A DNA stretch of 64,000 nt from Marinovum sp. (GTDB taxonomy: Bacteria; Pseudomonadota; Alphaproteobacteria; Rhodobacterales; Rhodobacteraceae). The stretch lies in the NCBI RefSeq assembly GCF_048263515.1, contig NZ_JBLXEC010000018.1, positions 20,420 through 84,419 on the forward strand. Direction: 5' to 3'. Each line of letters opens with the position of its first letter. The stretch's first letter is position 1. Shown piece by piece: positions 10,071-20,227 of this stretch. The translations under genes were made by a program, and so were the position numbers. The notes beneath the pieces were generated by a model that was not told where the DNA came from, searched no databases, and worked only from the letters and a program-made list of their open reading frames with translations.

Positions 10071-11411
10071 ATGTCAGGCAGTATTGAAATCCCGATATGG
10101 CTGTTTTTGTTGATCCTTGCCTTCGCAGCGATCACCTTTGCCTCGCATTTCCTGTTTCCCTCGGTGCGCTGGTTTCTGCGCCGCAGGATGGAACGGGTGG
10201 TGGCGCGCATCAATGCGCGGCTTGAACGGCCGATCCATCCGTTCAAGCTGGCGCGGCGCACCGACATGATCCAGCGGCTGGTCTATGACCCGCAGGTGAC
10301 CGAAGCGATCGTCGATTACGCCCGCACCGAGGGCGTGCGCGAGGATGTGGCCTTCGAGAAGGCGCGCGACTATGCCCGCGAGATCGTGCCGTCGTTTTCC
10401 GCCACCGCGTATTTCGGCTTTGCTATCCGCGCCGCGCGCTGGCTGTCACGTTCGCTGTATGAGGTGAAGCTGATCCGCAAGGACGCCGGCGCCATCGCCG
10501 AGATCGACCCCGAGGCGACGGTGGTCTATGTGATCAACCACCGCTCGAACATGGATTACGTGCTGGTCACCTACCTCGCGGCGGAAAGCTCGGCACTGGC
10601 CTATGCGGTGGGCGAATGGGCCCGGGTCTGGCCGCTGTCGGGGCTGATCCGCTCGATGGGGGCCTATTTCATCCGGCGCAAATCCCGCGACGACCTCTAT
10701 CGCCGGGTGCTGGCGCGCTATGTCGCGATGGCCACCGCCGGCGGCATCAACCAGGCGATGTTCCCCGAGGGCGGTCTGAGCCTGACCGGCGAATTGGCGA
10801 CGCCCCGGGTGGGGCTTTTGAAGTACATCGTCGACGGCTGGGACGCCGAAGGGCGCGACGTGGTGTTTGTGCCGGTGGCGCTGAACTATGACCGGGTGCT
10901 CGAGGACCGGGTGCTGATCGCCGCCGGGAAATCCGGCGAGCGGCGGTTCCGCGGCCGTCTGGGCGAGGCGCTGGCCTTTCTCGGCCGCCACGTCTGGCTG
11001 CGGATCACCGGGCGGTTCCGCCGCTTCGGCTGCGCCGCGGTGAGCTTTGGCCCGCCGGTGACCATGCGGGACTTCGTGCGCGAGCGCGGCCGCAAGCCCG
11101 AGGCGCTGGCCACCCTGCTGATGGGCCGGATCGCCCAGGTGATGCCGGTGCTGGCGGTGCCGCTGGTGGCACAGGTGCTTCGCGACGGTGCCATGCGCAG
11201 CGAGGCCGAGATCACCCGGGCCGCGCGGCAGATCGCGCCTGACGCGGCAGAGGACCTCGTGCCCCTCGGTCTCAAGGCGTTGCTGTCGCGCCGGCTGATC
11301 CGCGAGGTTCCGGGCGGCTACGAGATTCTGCCCGATCAGGCCGATGCGGTGACCTTCTACGCCAATTCCATCGCCCATCTCGATCAGGAGCATGCTGCGG
11401 CCGCACAGTGA
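10071..11411 (+). CDS. Glycerol-3-phosphate / lysophospholipid acyltransferase (PlsB/PlsC-like)
   Basis: NHRSNMD (HxxxxD) and FPEGG motifs; N-terminal TM; ATG at 10071. Confidence 0.85.
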   Translation: MSGSIEIPIWLFLLILAFAAITFASHFLFPSVRWFLRRRMERVVARINARLERPIHPFKLARRTDMIQRLVYDPQVTEAIVDYARTEGVREDVAFEKARDYAREIVPSFSATAYFGFAIRAARWLSRSLYEVKLIRKDAGAIAEIDPEATVVYVINHRSNMDYVLVTYLAAESSALAYAVGEWARVWPLSGLIRSMGAYFIRRKSRDDLYRRVLARYVAMATAGGINQAMFPEGGLSLTGELATPRVGLLKYIVDGWDAEGRDVVFVPVALNYDRVLEDRVLIAAGKSGERRFRGRLGEALAFLGRHVWLRITGRFRRFGCAAVSFGPPVTMRDFVRERGRKPEALATLLMGRIAQVMPVLAVPLVAQVLRDGAMRSEAEITRAARQIAPDAAEDLVPLGLKALLSRRLIREVPGGYEILPDQADAVTFYANSIAHLDQEHAAAAQ

Positions 11412-11543
11412 CTTTCTGCATCGGCTCGGTTATAAAATTACAAAACGACTACATTCCGTGTTGCAATGTTGCGCGTGCGTGGATATTTCATACAAACAGC
11501 CCGCGATTCTGCGTTGCGGCACGATTTTGTTAAGGAGGCCCAT

Positions 11544-12836
11544 ATGGCACTGGACACGCACGGCGGCATCGCCGCCTATGAGGCGCCTGAAAAGGACCTG
11601 TATGAATTGGGCGAGATGCCCCCGCTGGGCTACGTGCCCAAGCAGATGTACGCCTGGGCGATCCGCAAGGAACGCCACGGCGAGCCGGATACGGCGATGC
11701 AGCTGGAAGTGGTCGACGTGCCGGTGCTCGACAGCAACGAGGTGCTTGTCCTCGTGATGGCGGCGGGCGTGAACTACAATGGCGTCTGGGCGTCGCTCGG
11801 CCAGCCGATCAGCCCGTTCGACGGCCACAAGGCCCCGTATCACATTGCCGGATCCGATGCCTCGGGCATCGTCTGGGCGGTGGGTGACAAGGTCAAGCGC
11901 TGGAAGGTCGGCGACGAGGTGGTGATCCACTGCAACCAGGATGATGGCGACGACGAGGAATGCAACGGCGGCGATCCGATGTATTCGCCGAGCCAGCGGA
12001 TCTGGGGCTACGAGACGCCCGACGGCTCTTTCGCGCAGTTCACCAACGTTCAGGCGCAGCAGCTGATGCCGCGGCCCAAGCACCTGACCTGGGAAGAGGC
12101 GGCCTGTTACACGCTGACGCTCGCCACCGCCTACCGGATGCTCTTCGGCCATGAGCCGCATGATCTGAAGCCCGGCCAGAACGTTCTGGTCTGGGGTGCG
12201 TCGGGCGGCCTCGGCTCCTATGCGATCCAGCTGATCAACACCGCCGGCGCCAACGCCATCGGCGTGATCTCGGACGAGAGCAAGCGCGACTTTGTCATGA
12301 GCCTTGGCGCCAAGGGCGTGCTCAACCGCAAGGACTTCAACTGCTGGGGCCAGCTGCCCAAGGTGAATACGCCGGAATATGCCGAGTGGTTCGCCGAGGC
12401 GCGCAAGTTCGGCAAGGCGATCTGGGACATCACTGGCAAGGGCGTGAACGTGGACATGGTCTTCGAACACCCGGGCGAGGCGACCTTTCCGGTCTCGACC
12501 TTCGTGGTGAAAAAGGGCGGCATGGTCGTGATCTGCGCCGGCACCACCGGGTTCAACCTGACCTTCGACGTGCGCTACATGTGGATGCACCAGAAGCGTC
12601 TGCAGGGTTCGCACTTTGCCCACCTAAAACAGGCGGCGGCGGCCAACAAGCTGATGCTGGAGCGGCGGCTTGATCCCTGCATGTCAGAGGTCTTTGACTG
12701 GGCCGACCTGCCGGCAGCGCACATGAAGATGATGCGCAACGAGCACAAGCCCGGCAACATGTCGGTGCTGGTGCAGTCGCCCCGCACCGGGCTGCGCACC
12801 TTCGAGGACGCGCTGGAAGCCGGCCGCAAGGGCTGA
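11544..12836 (+). CDS. ccr: Crotonyl-CoA carboxylase/reductase
   Basis: MAAGVNYNG, HIAGSDASG, WGASGGLGS, KRLQGSHFA; RBS AAGGAGG. Confidence 0.95.
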   Translation: MALDTHGGIAAYEAPEKDLYELGEMPPLGYVPKQMYAWAIRKERHGEPDTAMQLEVVDVPVLDSNEVLVLVMAAGVNYNGVWASLGQPISPFDGHKAPYHIAGSDASGIVWAVGDKVKRWKVGDEVVIHCNQDDGDDEECNGGDPMYSPSQRIWGYETPDGSFAQFTNVQAQQLMPRPKHLTWEEAACYTLTLATAYRMLFGHEPHDLKPGQNVLVWGASGGLGSYAIQLINTAGANAIGVISDESKRDFVMSLGAKGVLNRKDFNCWGQLPKVNTPEYAEWFAEARKFGKAIWDITGKGVNVDMVFEHPGEATFPVSTFVVKKGGMVVICAGTTGFNLTFDVRYMWMHQKRLQGSHFAHLKQAAAANKLMLERRLDPCMSEVFDWADLPAAHMKMMRNEHKPGNMSVLVQSPRTGLRTFEDALEAGRKG

Positions 12837-12858
12837 GCCAACCAGAACGTGAACATTT

Positions 12859-12897
12859 GCGGCCCGCGCCACCCCGTGAGGGGGTGGTGCGGGCCGC
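12859..12897 (+). terminator. Long GC hairpin after ccr (terminator or stabiliser)
   Basis: GCGGCCCGCGCCACCCC-GTGA-GGGGGTGGTGCGGGCCGC; no U tract. Confidence 0.5.
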
Positions 12898-13032
12898 AGC
12901 CTGTCCGGGGACTGCCCCGCCGTTCATCTTTCTAAACACTTCATTTCAAATGCTTCGGATTTTCAGTCTCGCCATTTCTGGGGAGTTGGAATGCGTGAAT
13001 TTATTGGAAACCTCTCACATGGTAGAGTTGTG

Positions 13033-13048
13033 TTAATCCTTCGTTAAC
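13033..13048 (+). promoter_or_regulatory. CtrA-binding box upstream of the small ORF/luxR
   Basis: Exact TTAA-N7-TTAAC (TTAA TCCTTCG TTAAC); extra GTTAAC half-site just before ATG 13070. Confidence 0.75.
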
Positions 13049-13069
13049 CAATCGAAATGAGAGTTAACA

Positions 13070-13285
13070 ATGCAACACGACTGGATACTCGACGTACTTG
13101 CCGACCTCAAAACCTTTGCCCTGACCAACGGGCTGCCGGCCCTGGCCGAACAGCTCGACGATGCGCGGATCGTTGCGATGGCCGAACAGGCGTCGTCCAC
13201 GGAGGGGAGTGGCATTGGGATTCGAGGCAGTACAACCGAAGCTGGAGACGGTGCTCGCAACATTGGAGCAATCCGACGCGCTTGA
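13070..13285 (+). CDS. Small hypothetical protein overlapping the luxR 5' end
   Basis: MQHDWILDVLADLKTFALTNGLPALAEQLDDA amphipathic helical ORF directly behind the CtrA box. Confidence 0.7.
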   Translation: MQHDWILDVLADLKTFALTNGLPALAEQLDDARIVAMAEQASSTEGSGIGIRGSTTEAGDGARNIGAIRRA

Positions 13286-13943
13286 GGAATTACAGACATT
13301 CATTACGGAATTGCGCGACGCATTCGGCGTCGATCATCTGGTTTACCATTGGGTCAGCAGCAATGGCGAACAATATGGCTGCGGTACCTATGACCCGGCC
13401 TGGGTCGAGCGGTATCTCGAACAGGGCTATCTGCGGATCGATCCGGTGGTGCTGGGCTGTTTCCAGCGCTTTCACCCGGTCGACTGGAAACAGCTCGACT
13501 GGTCGTCCAAGGCGGCGCGGGCCTTCCAGAAGGAGGCAATAGACCATGGCGTCGGCAACCAGGGCTATTCGATCCCGATCCGTGGTCCGAACGGCCAGTT
13601 CGCCCTGTTCACCGTCAGCCACAATTGCGACGACGCCGCCTGGGCGGAATTCTGCGAAGTCTCGCGCCGCGATCTGATCCTGGTGGCGCATTACTTCAAC
13701 CAGAAAGCGCTGGAGTTCGAGCCGGGGCGGCTGCCGGAACAGGGCCAGGCGCTGAGCCCGCGCGAGGTGGATGCGATGACCATGCTCGCCATCGGCTACA
13801 GCCGGGCACAGGCGGCCAATGCGCTGGAGATCTCGGAACATACGCTGCGGGTCTATATCGAATCCGCGCGCTTCAAGCTCGGGGCGCTGAACACCACCCA
13901 CGCGGTGGCGCGCGCGCTGAGTCGCGGTTTGATCGTTGTCTGA
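13209..13943 (+). CDS. luxR: LuxR-family AHL-binding transcriptional regulator
   Basis: W..RY..GY..IDP autoinducer-binding motifs and C-terminal HTH LSPREVD..SEHT; GTG start at 13209 is uncertain. Confidence 0.9.
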   Translation: MALGFEAVQPKLETVLATLEQSDALEELQTFITELRDAFGVDHLVYHWVSSNGEQYGCGTYDPAWVERYLEQGYLRIDPVVLGCFQRFHPVDWKQLDWSSKAARAFQKEAIDHGVGNQGYSIPIRGPNGQFALFTVSHNCDDAAWAEFCEVSRRDLILVAHYFNQKALEFEPGRLPEQGQALSPREVDAMTMLAIGYSRAQAANALEISEHTLRVYIESARFKLGALNTTHAVARALSRGLIVV

Positions 13944-14027
13944 TCGTTAACCCGGGCATCGGTCTGCTCCGGCGGGCTTAACGGCTCGGGCTGCAGCCTC
14001 CTCTTCGACACGAGAGGAGAGCCCGAG

Positions 14028-14669
14028 ATGATCCGTTACCTTTATGCCGACCAACTGGCCCAGGACCCGCAACTGGCCCGCGCCATGTTCCGCGACCGCG
14101 CCGACCAGTTCCGCCACCGGCTGGGCTGGGACGTGGCCGTCGATGCCAGCGGCGAGGAGCGCGACGAATACGACCGGGAAAACCCGCTCTACGTGATCTG
14201 GCAGGACCGTGACGGCAGCCATGGCGGCTCGATGCGGTTTCTGCCGACCACAGGGCGGACCATGGTCAACGATCACTTCGGACATCTGACCGGCGGCGGC
14301 CGGATCGAGAGCCCTTTGATCTGGGAATGCACCCGTTTCTGCCTGTCGCGCGGCGCTGGCGGTCATGTCGCGGCGGCGCTGATGCTGGCGGGGGGCGAGA
14401 TCATGCTCAACTTTGCGGTGCGCCATTTCGTCGGCGTCTTCGATGCGCGCATGGTGCGGATCTACCGCCGGATCGGTGCCTCGCCAGAGGTGCTGGGCAG
14501 CGAGGGCGAGGGGCGCGCCAGGATCAGCGTCGGGCTCTGGGGCTTTTCCGAGACGGCGCGGGCGCAGGTGGCACAGAGCGCCGGCATTCCGGCGGCGCAG
14601 TCGGCGGCCTGGTTCGATCTGGGCTTCGGGGGCTGCGGGACGGACCAGCCTTTGGCGGCCAGCGCCTGA
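14028..14669 (+). CDS. luxI: Acyl-homoserine-lactone synthase
   Basis: MFRDRADQFRHRLGW, ERDEYD, GSMRFLPT, WECTRFC; RBS GAGGAG. Confidence 0.95.
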   Translation: MIRYLYADQLAQDPQLARAMFRDRADQFRHRLGWDVAVDASGEERDEYDRENPLYVIWQDRDGSHGGSMRFLPTTGRTMVNDHFGHLTGGGRIESPLIWECTRFCLSRGAGGHVAAALMLAGGEIMLNFAVRHFVGVFDARMVRIYRRIGASPEVLGSEGEGRARISVGLWGFSETARAQVAQSAGIPAAQSAAWFDLGFGGCGTDQPLAASA

Positions 14670-14684
14670 GGGCGGGCGGCGCCT

Positions 14685-14742
14685 GGGGGCTCTGCCCCCC
14701 GGCCTGCGGCCGCCCCCCGAGGGTATTTGAGAACAGAAGAAG
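14685..14742. repeat. Short intergenic palindromic repeat (GGGGGCTCTGCCCCC...GGGTATTTGAGAACAGAAGAA)
   Basis: G5/C5 hairpin plus AT-rich tail; resembles an intergenic repeat type recalled from Rhodobacteraceae, not verified. Confidence 0.4.
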
Positions 14743-14790
14743 CAGGGGATCGCTCTGGTGCTTGTTTGGCGGGGCTTGTAGTGTCCGCGC

Positions 14791-16317
14791 ATGACACTGC
14801 CAGCGCTGACATTTTCCGAAGATCAGGCCGAAGCCTTTGACCGCGTCAGCGCCGCCCTGCGCGAAGTTGGCGTCGACCTCGAAGCCGGCCACGTGGCGCC
14901 GCCGCGCGAGGGGCGCTCGGGCGTGCTGGCGGTGATCGGCAAGGCGGGGTCGGGCAAGACGCTGCTGCTGGCCGAGCTTTACAAGGCGTTGAAGGAGGCC
15001 GGGGTCGACATCGTTTCCGGCGACTGGGAGGGCAAGCGCAAGAAGGACCGGCGCACGCTGGCGATCCTGGCGCCCACCAACAAGGCGGCGAGCGTGTTGC
15101 GGATGCGCGGCGTGCCGGCGACGACCATCCATCGCATTCTCTATACCCCGGTCTATGACCCCGAATACGAGCGGATTGCAGAATGGCTGGCCGGGCAGGG
15201 CGAGCGGCCCGAGATCGAGGGGCTGACCGATGCCGCGCTCGACCGGGCGCATGGGTTCTACCAGTCGAACAATTCCATTCCCGGCGCGCTGGCCGCCGCC
15301 GGGCTGCGCGGGTCGGATTTCATCACCGGCTGGAAACGCCGGGAAGAGCCTCTGGACATCGGGTTTGTCGACGAGGCCTCGATGCTGGATGACCGGCAGT
15401 ACGACGATCTGCGCGAGATTTTCCCGACGCTCTGCATGTTCGGCGATCCGGCGCAGCTGGCGCCGGTTAACCAGTCGGGCGCCATGGTGTTCGAGAAGCT
15501 GCCAGAGGAAAAGGTGCTGGCGCTGCGCCGCATCCACCGGCAGGAGGCCGACAACCCGATCCTCGACCTGGCCCATGCGCTGGCCGATCCGGCGCTCGAG
15601 TTCCACGACTTCGAGCGCATGGTCGAGGAGAAATCCAAGAGTGACGAACGGGTTGTCTGGGGCCAGCGGGTCGAGGTTGACCTGATGGCGCGCTCGCCGG
15701 TGCTGGTCTGGCGCAATGCCACGCGCATCCGGCTGATCAACGCCTTTCGCAAGGTGCATGACGCGCCTGACGATCGGCTGCTCGAGGGCGAGCCGCTGAT
15801 CTGCGACGGTATCGAGCTGCCGCTGAAGCACCGCAAGAAGCGGCTCGATCTCGAGGCGCGCGGGCTGATCAAGGGCGCCCAGGTGATCTTTCTGGGCGAG
15901 GGCAAGCGGCCCGGGTTTTCCCGGCTGCATGTGATGGGGGCGGAAGACCCAAGGGTCTCGGCAGCGTCCATCGTCAAGATCGAGATGCCCGACGAGGAAG
16001 AGCCCTTCATTCCCTTCGCCGCCCGCATGGGCGCCACGTTCCTGCATGGCGCGGCGGTGACGATCCACAAGGCGCAAGGCTCGCAGTGGGATTCGGTGCA
16101 GGTCTTTGCCCCCGATCTTTATGTCGCGGCGCGCATGGGGCGGGTCGAGGCCGGGCAGCCCTTGTGGAAACGTCTGGCCTATGTGGCGATCACCCGGGCG
16201 CAGGAGCGGCTGATCTGGGTGGTGCGCAACCGCTTGTCAAAGCCCACTTATCCGCTGAGGATCGACGATCTGCCGGTGCCGCAGCAGGCGTTGACGCTGG
16301 AAATGCAGGACGAGTAG
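14791..16317 (+). CDS. RecD-like / ExoV-alpha superfamily 1 helicase
   Basis: Walker [45 protein letters not shown]. Confidence 0.9.
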   Translation: MTLPALTFSEDQAEAFDRVSAALREVGVDLEAGHVAPPREGRSGVLAVIGKAGSGKTLLLAELYKALKEAGVDIVSGDWEGKRKKDRRTLAILAPTNKAASVLRMRGVPATTIHRILYTPVYDPEYERIAEWLAGQGERPEIEGLTDAALDRAHGFYQSNNSIPGALAAAGLRGSDFITGWKRREEPLDIGFVDEASMLDDRQYDDLREIFPTLCMFGDPAQLAPVNQSGAMVFEKLPEEKVLALRRIHRQEADNPILDLAHALADPALEFHDFERMVEEKSKSDERVVWGQRVEVDLMARSPVLVWRNATRIRLINAFRKVHDAPDDRLLEGEPLICDGIELPLKHRKKRLDLEARGLIKGAQVIFLGEGKRPGFSRLHVMGAEDPRVSAASIVKIEMPDEEEPFIPFAARMGATFLHGAAVTIHKAQGSQWDSVQVFAPDLYVAARMGRVEAGQPLWKRLAYVAITRAQERLIWVVRNRLSKPTYPLRIDDLPVPQQALTLEMQDE

Positions 16318-16358
16318 CGCCTCTTCCCACGGCGCGCGCGCTCGTTTATAGCGCGGGC

Positions 16359-17732
16359 ATGACAACCAATCCCCCGAACCTCCGCCCCGACCTTGCCCAT
16401 ATGACCCTGCCAGAGGCCGAGGCCCGCCGTGGCGGGCCGACCATCGGCATGGTCTCGCTGGGCTGCCCCAAGGCGCTGGTCGACAGCGAGCGCATCCTGA
16501 CGCGGCTGCGCGCCGAGGGTTACGGCATCTCGCCAGATTATGCCGGGGCCGATGCGGTGATCGTCAACACCTGCGGTTTTCTCGACAGCGCCAAGGCCGA
16601 GAGCCTTGAGGCGATCGGCGAGGCGCTGCAGGAAAACGGCAAGGTGATCGTCACCGGCTGTCTTGGGGCCGAGCCCGAGTATATCACCGGGGTGCATCCC
16701 AAGGTTCTGGCCGTGACCGGCCCGCATCAATACGAGCAGGTGCTCGATGCGGTGCATGGCGCGGTGCCGCCCGATCCCGATCCCTTCATCGATCTGCTGC
16801 CGGCCTCGGGCGTGACGCTGACGCCGCGGCATTACAGCTATCTGAAGATCTCGGAAGGCTGCAATCACAAGTGCAAGTTCTGCATCATTCCCGACATGCG
16901 CGGCCGGCTGCAGTCGCGCCCGGCGAAAGCGGTGCTGCGCGAGGCCGAGAAGCTGGTCGAGAGCGGGGTCAAGGAACTGCTGGTGATCAGCCAGGACACC
17001 TCGGCCTATGGCACCGACTGGAAGGACCGCGAGGTCAAGGCGCCGATCCTGCCGCTGGCGCGCGATCTGGGCAGCCTCGGCGCCTGGGTGCGGATGCACT
17101 ACGTCTATCCCTATCCGCATGTGCGCGAGCTGATCCCGCTGATGGCCGATCCGTCGAACGGCATCCTGCCGTATCTCGACATCCCGTTCCAGCATGGCCA
17201 CCCCGAGGTGCTCAAGCGCATGGCGCGGCCCGCGGCCTCGGCCAGGACGCTGGACGAGATTGCCGCCTGGCGTGCGGCCTGTCCCGAGATCACCCTGCGC
17301 TCGACCTTCATCGTCGGCTATCCGGGCGAGACCGAGGCGGAGTTCGACTATCTGCTCGACTGGCTCGACGAGGCGCAGCTCGACCGGGTGGGGTGCTTTC
17401 AGTACGAAAACGTCGCCGGCGCGCGGTCGAACGATCTGCCGGATCACGTGGCCCCCGAGGTCAAGCAGGAGCGCTGGGACCGGTTCATGGAAAAGGCGCA
17501 GGAGATCTCCGAGGCGCGTTTGGCGGCCAAGGTGGGCAAGCACCTGCCGGTGATCGTCGATGACATCGACGAGGACGGCATTGCCACCTGCCGCACCATG
17601 GCCGATGCGCCCGAGATCGACGGCAATCTCTTCATCGATGAAGGTGCGGGCGATCTGAGCCCCGGCGATATCGTCACGGTCGAGGTCGACGAGGCCGGCG
17701 AATACGATCTCTGGGGACGGCTGACCGCCTAG
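16359..17732 (+). CDS. rimO: Ribosomal protein S12 methylthiotransferase
   Basis: [18 protein letters not shown], radical [12 protein letters not shown]-terminal TRAM domain. Confidence 0.95.
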   Translation: MTTNPPNLRPDLAHMTLPEAEARRGGPTIGMVSLGCPKALVDSERILTRLRAEGYGISPDYAGADAVIVNTCGFLDSAKAESLEAIGEALQENGKVIVTGCLGAEPEYITGVHPKVLAVTGPHQYEQVLDAVHGAVPPDPDPFIDLLPASGVTLTPRHYSYLKISEGCNHKCKFCIIPDMRGRLQSRPAKAVLREAEKLVESGVKELLVISQDTSAYGTDWKDREVKAPILPLARDLGSLGAWVRMHYVYPYPHVRELIPLMADPSNGILPYLDIPFQHGHPEVLKRMARPAASARTLDEIAAWRAACPEITLRSTFIVGYPGETEAEFDYLLDWLDEAQLDRVGCFQYENVAGARSNDLPDHVAPEVKQERWDRFMEKAQEISEARLAAKVGKHLPVIVDDIDEDGIATCRTMADAPEIDGNLFIDEGAGDLSPGDIVTVEVDEAGEYDLWGRLTA

Positions 17733-18187
17733 TGCGAGCCGTCCTCGAGGTGCAGCTTCATGTCGATCAGCACCTGCTGCAGCGCCAGGGTTTCCTTGAG
17801 CATGCGCTTGGCCTCGTTGATGGTGATCACCCCGTCTTCGATTGACTGGGAGTATTCCGTCATCAACATGGCAAAGCGCTGGCTCAGCGCCACGACGTCG
17901 GCATTGACGCTGCCCGAGCGTTCGGCGTTGTTGCGGCGGCTGTCGAAGGACAGGGTGATGCCGCGCAGCTCGGACAGGGCGGCGGTCACATGCGGGTAGG
18001 AGGCCGCCGCCTCGAGCGCGGCCACCGCGTCGATCGGCATGAAGCGGTCGGAATGTTCCTCGTGCTCGGAGTAATAGCGGCCCAGCGTCGCCTTGGATTT
18101 GCCTGTCACCTCGCAGGCCGGCTCGATGCCCACGTCCTTTACAAGCGCTTCGGTGTGCTTCTTGAGATAACTTCCGACGCTGTTCAT
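17729..18187 (-). CDS. Hypothetical protein resembling phage CII/CP76-type regulators
   Basis: N-terminal HTH-like ([18 protein letters not shown]), [11 protein letters not shown]-terminal [11 protein letters not shown]; RBS AGGAG. Confidence 0.6.
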   Translation of the reverse strand: MNSVGSYLKKHTEALVKDVGIEPACEVTGKSKATLGRYYSEHEEHSDRFMPIDAVAALEAAASYPHVTAALSELRGITLSFDSRRNNAERSGSVNADVVALSQRFAMLMTEYSQSIEDGVITINEAKRMLKETLALQQVLIDMKLHLEDGSH

Positions 18188-18448
18188 GCCCACTCCTGGC
18201 TGTGCCGCCTTCGACCGCGAAGTCGGGGAAATCCCCGGCTTTTTTCCCATTAAGAGGTTTAGCAGCTTTTGTCATTGAGGGAACACCCCAAACGGGGTTT
18301 CACGAGTATCCGGAGGCCCAAGGCCGGGTTCGGGTGCAGGGATGCGACGTGTTCGCCGATTTGGGAGGCGGAATTGCCAGCTGGCCACGTCGTGCCCCGT
18401 CTGCCCGCCTCTTGCCTCCGCACGCGCGGCGCGGCATAGGATCGCGCC

Positions 18449-19030
18449 ATGGCCAAGCTCTACTTTCACTACTCGACGATGAACGCAGGCAAATCGACCC
18501 TGCTGCTGCAAGCTGCGCACAATTACCGCGAGCGCGGCATGGAGGTCTACCTGATGACCGCGCGCCATGATGACCGCGCCGGCAACGGCCGCATCGGCTC
18601 GCGCATCGGGATCGGCAGCGAGGCGGTGACCTATGCGCCGGGCGAGGACCTGTTTGCCCATCTCGCGGCACGGCTCGAGCAGGGGCCGCTGGCCTGCATC
18701 TTCATCGACGAGGCGCAGTTTCTCGAACCCGGGCAGGTCTGGCAGCTGGCGCGGGTGGTCGATGACCTGCGGGTGCCGGTGATGTGCTACGGGCTGCGGG
18801 TGGATTTCCAGGGGCTGCTGTTCCCCGGATCGGCGACGCTGCTGGCGCTGGCCGACGAGATGCGCGAAGTGCGCACCATCTGCCATTGCGGCAAGAAGGC
18901 CACCATGGTGGTGCGGCAGAACGAGAAGGGCGAGGTGATGACCACCGGCGCCCAGGTGCAGATCGGCGGCAACGAGACCTATGTCAGCCTCTGCCGCAAG
19001 CATTGGCGCGCCACCACCGGCGAGGCCTGA
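18449..19030 (+). CDS. tdk: Thymidine kinase
   Basis: STMNAGKST P-loop, IDEAQF, zinc motifs CHCG and SLCRKH. Confidence 0.95.
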   Translation: MAKLYFHYSTMNAGKSTLLLQAAHNYRERGMEVYLMTARHDDRAGNGRIGSRIGIGSEAVTYAPGEDLFAHLAARLEQGPLACIFIDEAQFLEPGQVWQLARVVDDLRVPVMCYGLRVDFQGLLFPGSATLLALADEMREVRTICHCGKKATMVVRQNEKGEVMTTGAQVQIGGNETYVSLCRKHWRATTGEA

Positions 19031-19036
19031 GCGCCG

Positions 19037-20227
19037 CTAGTGCCGCGACAGCTGGTCGTGCATGTCGCTGGCGGCATGGGCCATGGCTGCGTTGGGATGG
19101 CGTGACAGCCGGGTCAGCAGGTCGAAGACCCGCGCCGTGACATCCGGATTGTCGATACCGTCGCGCGAGATCGGCAAAACCGCGCAATCGAGCAGCGTCC
19201 GCGCCCGCACCACCGGCAAAGAGACCCTCGGAAAGGTCGGGGTGTACTCGGCCTCGGGCTGCGGCTCGTCGGGGGTTTCCTCCCACAAGAGACGCTCGAT
19301 CCGGCCCAGCACCTCGATCGCGGTGCCGGGATCGTTGATCCCGGGTGACAGCGCCCGCTGGCCGGATTCGGCGAGGATGGTCAGACCCAGCGTCGGGTCC
19401 TGCTCGAAGGTGCGGACATCGCCGATGTCGAAGGCGCGGGCGGCGGGCGCGGCGAGGCTCTCGTCGCTGCTGCCGATGGTGCCGATCACGGTGTTGCGCA
19501 ACACGAATTCGCCCGGCACGGCAGTGACATGGACATCGGTGCCGGCCTCCTCGGCCAGTTCGTCGAGCTTGGCGACGTCGATGAAGCGGATGTAGCCCGA
19601 GCTCTGTGCCCGGATGCTGACAGCGCCGTCGGGCACCAGATCGCCCTCCAGCATCCGCCGCGCGCCCAGCGAGGGCCTGCGGGCGCGGGCATGCATCGCC
19701 TCGCGGGCGCGGACCTCGATGATCTGCAGGGTGTGGTCCATCGAGCCCAGGTGCGACAGGTGCTCGATCCAGCGCAGGATCGCCAGCACGATCAGGGCAA
19801 AGACAATCATGGTGAAGCCGAAGACCACCACCGCCGCATCCTCGGAATAGACCCGGGCGTGAAACAGGATCACCGCGCTCAGCGAATAGACGAACCCGCC
19901 CACGAATGTCGCCAGCACCGACTGGGTGATCGTGTCGTCCAGCAGCAGCCGGTAGGCCCGCGGCGTCGCCATCGACGAGGCCGCGCGATAGGCCGAGACC
20001 ATGACGTTGAGCGAGAAGGTCGTCACCGCCAGCATGCCCGAGGCCAGGATCGTCAGCACCGGCAGGATCGCCTCGCGGCCGAGCTTGAGCTTGATGTTGT
20101 CGGGGATGAAACCGGTCAGCAGCGGCGCGATCGCCAATGCCAGGAGCGAGAAGATCGAGATCAGCACCACCCTGACCAGAAGCGTGCGCCAGATCCGCTG
20201 AACAATGACCAGAAGTTTGGAAATCAT
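19037..20227 (-). CDS. DUF2254-family membrane protein
   Basis: ASGMLAVTTFSL, TPRA, ALSPGINDPGTA motifs; multiple TM helices. Confidence 0.85.
   Translation of the reverse strand: MISKLLVIVQRIWRTLLVRVVLISIFSLLALAIAPLLTGFIPDNIKLKLGREAILPVLTILASGMLAVTTFSLNVMVSAYRAASSMATPRAYRLLLDDTITQSVLATFVGGFVYSLSAVILFHARVYSEDAAVVVFGFTMIVFALIVLAILRWIEHLSHLGSMDHTLQIIEVRAREAMHARARRPSLGARRMLEGDLVPDGAVSIRAQSSGYIRFIDVAKLDELAEEAGTDVHVTAVPGEFVLRNTVIGTIGSSDESLAAPAARAFDIGDVRTFEQDPTLGLTILAESGQRALSPGINDPGTAIEVLGRIERLLWEETPDEPQPEAEYTPTFPRVSLPVVRARTLLDCAVLPISRDGIDNPDVTARVFDLLTRLSRHPNAAMAHAASDMHDQLSRH

Noticed and set aside
8124-11411. 1095-aa ORF
   Set aside because: Antisense shadow of ecm running in frame into the real acyltransferase, which starts at 10071
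18246-18266. CtrA-like TTAA word upstream of the CII-like gene
   Set aside because: Half-site spacing is 5 nt rather than 7 and the second half is degenerate
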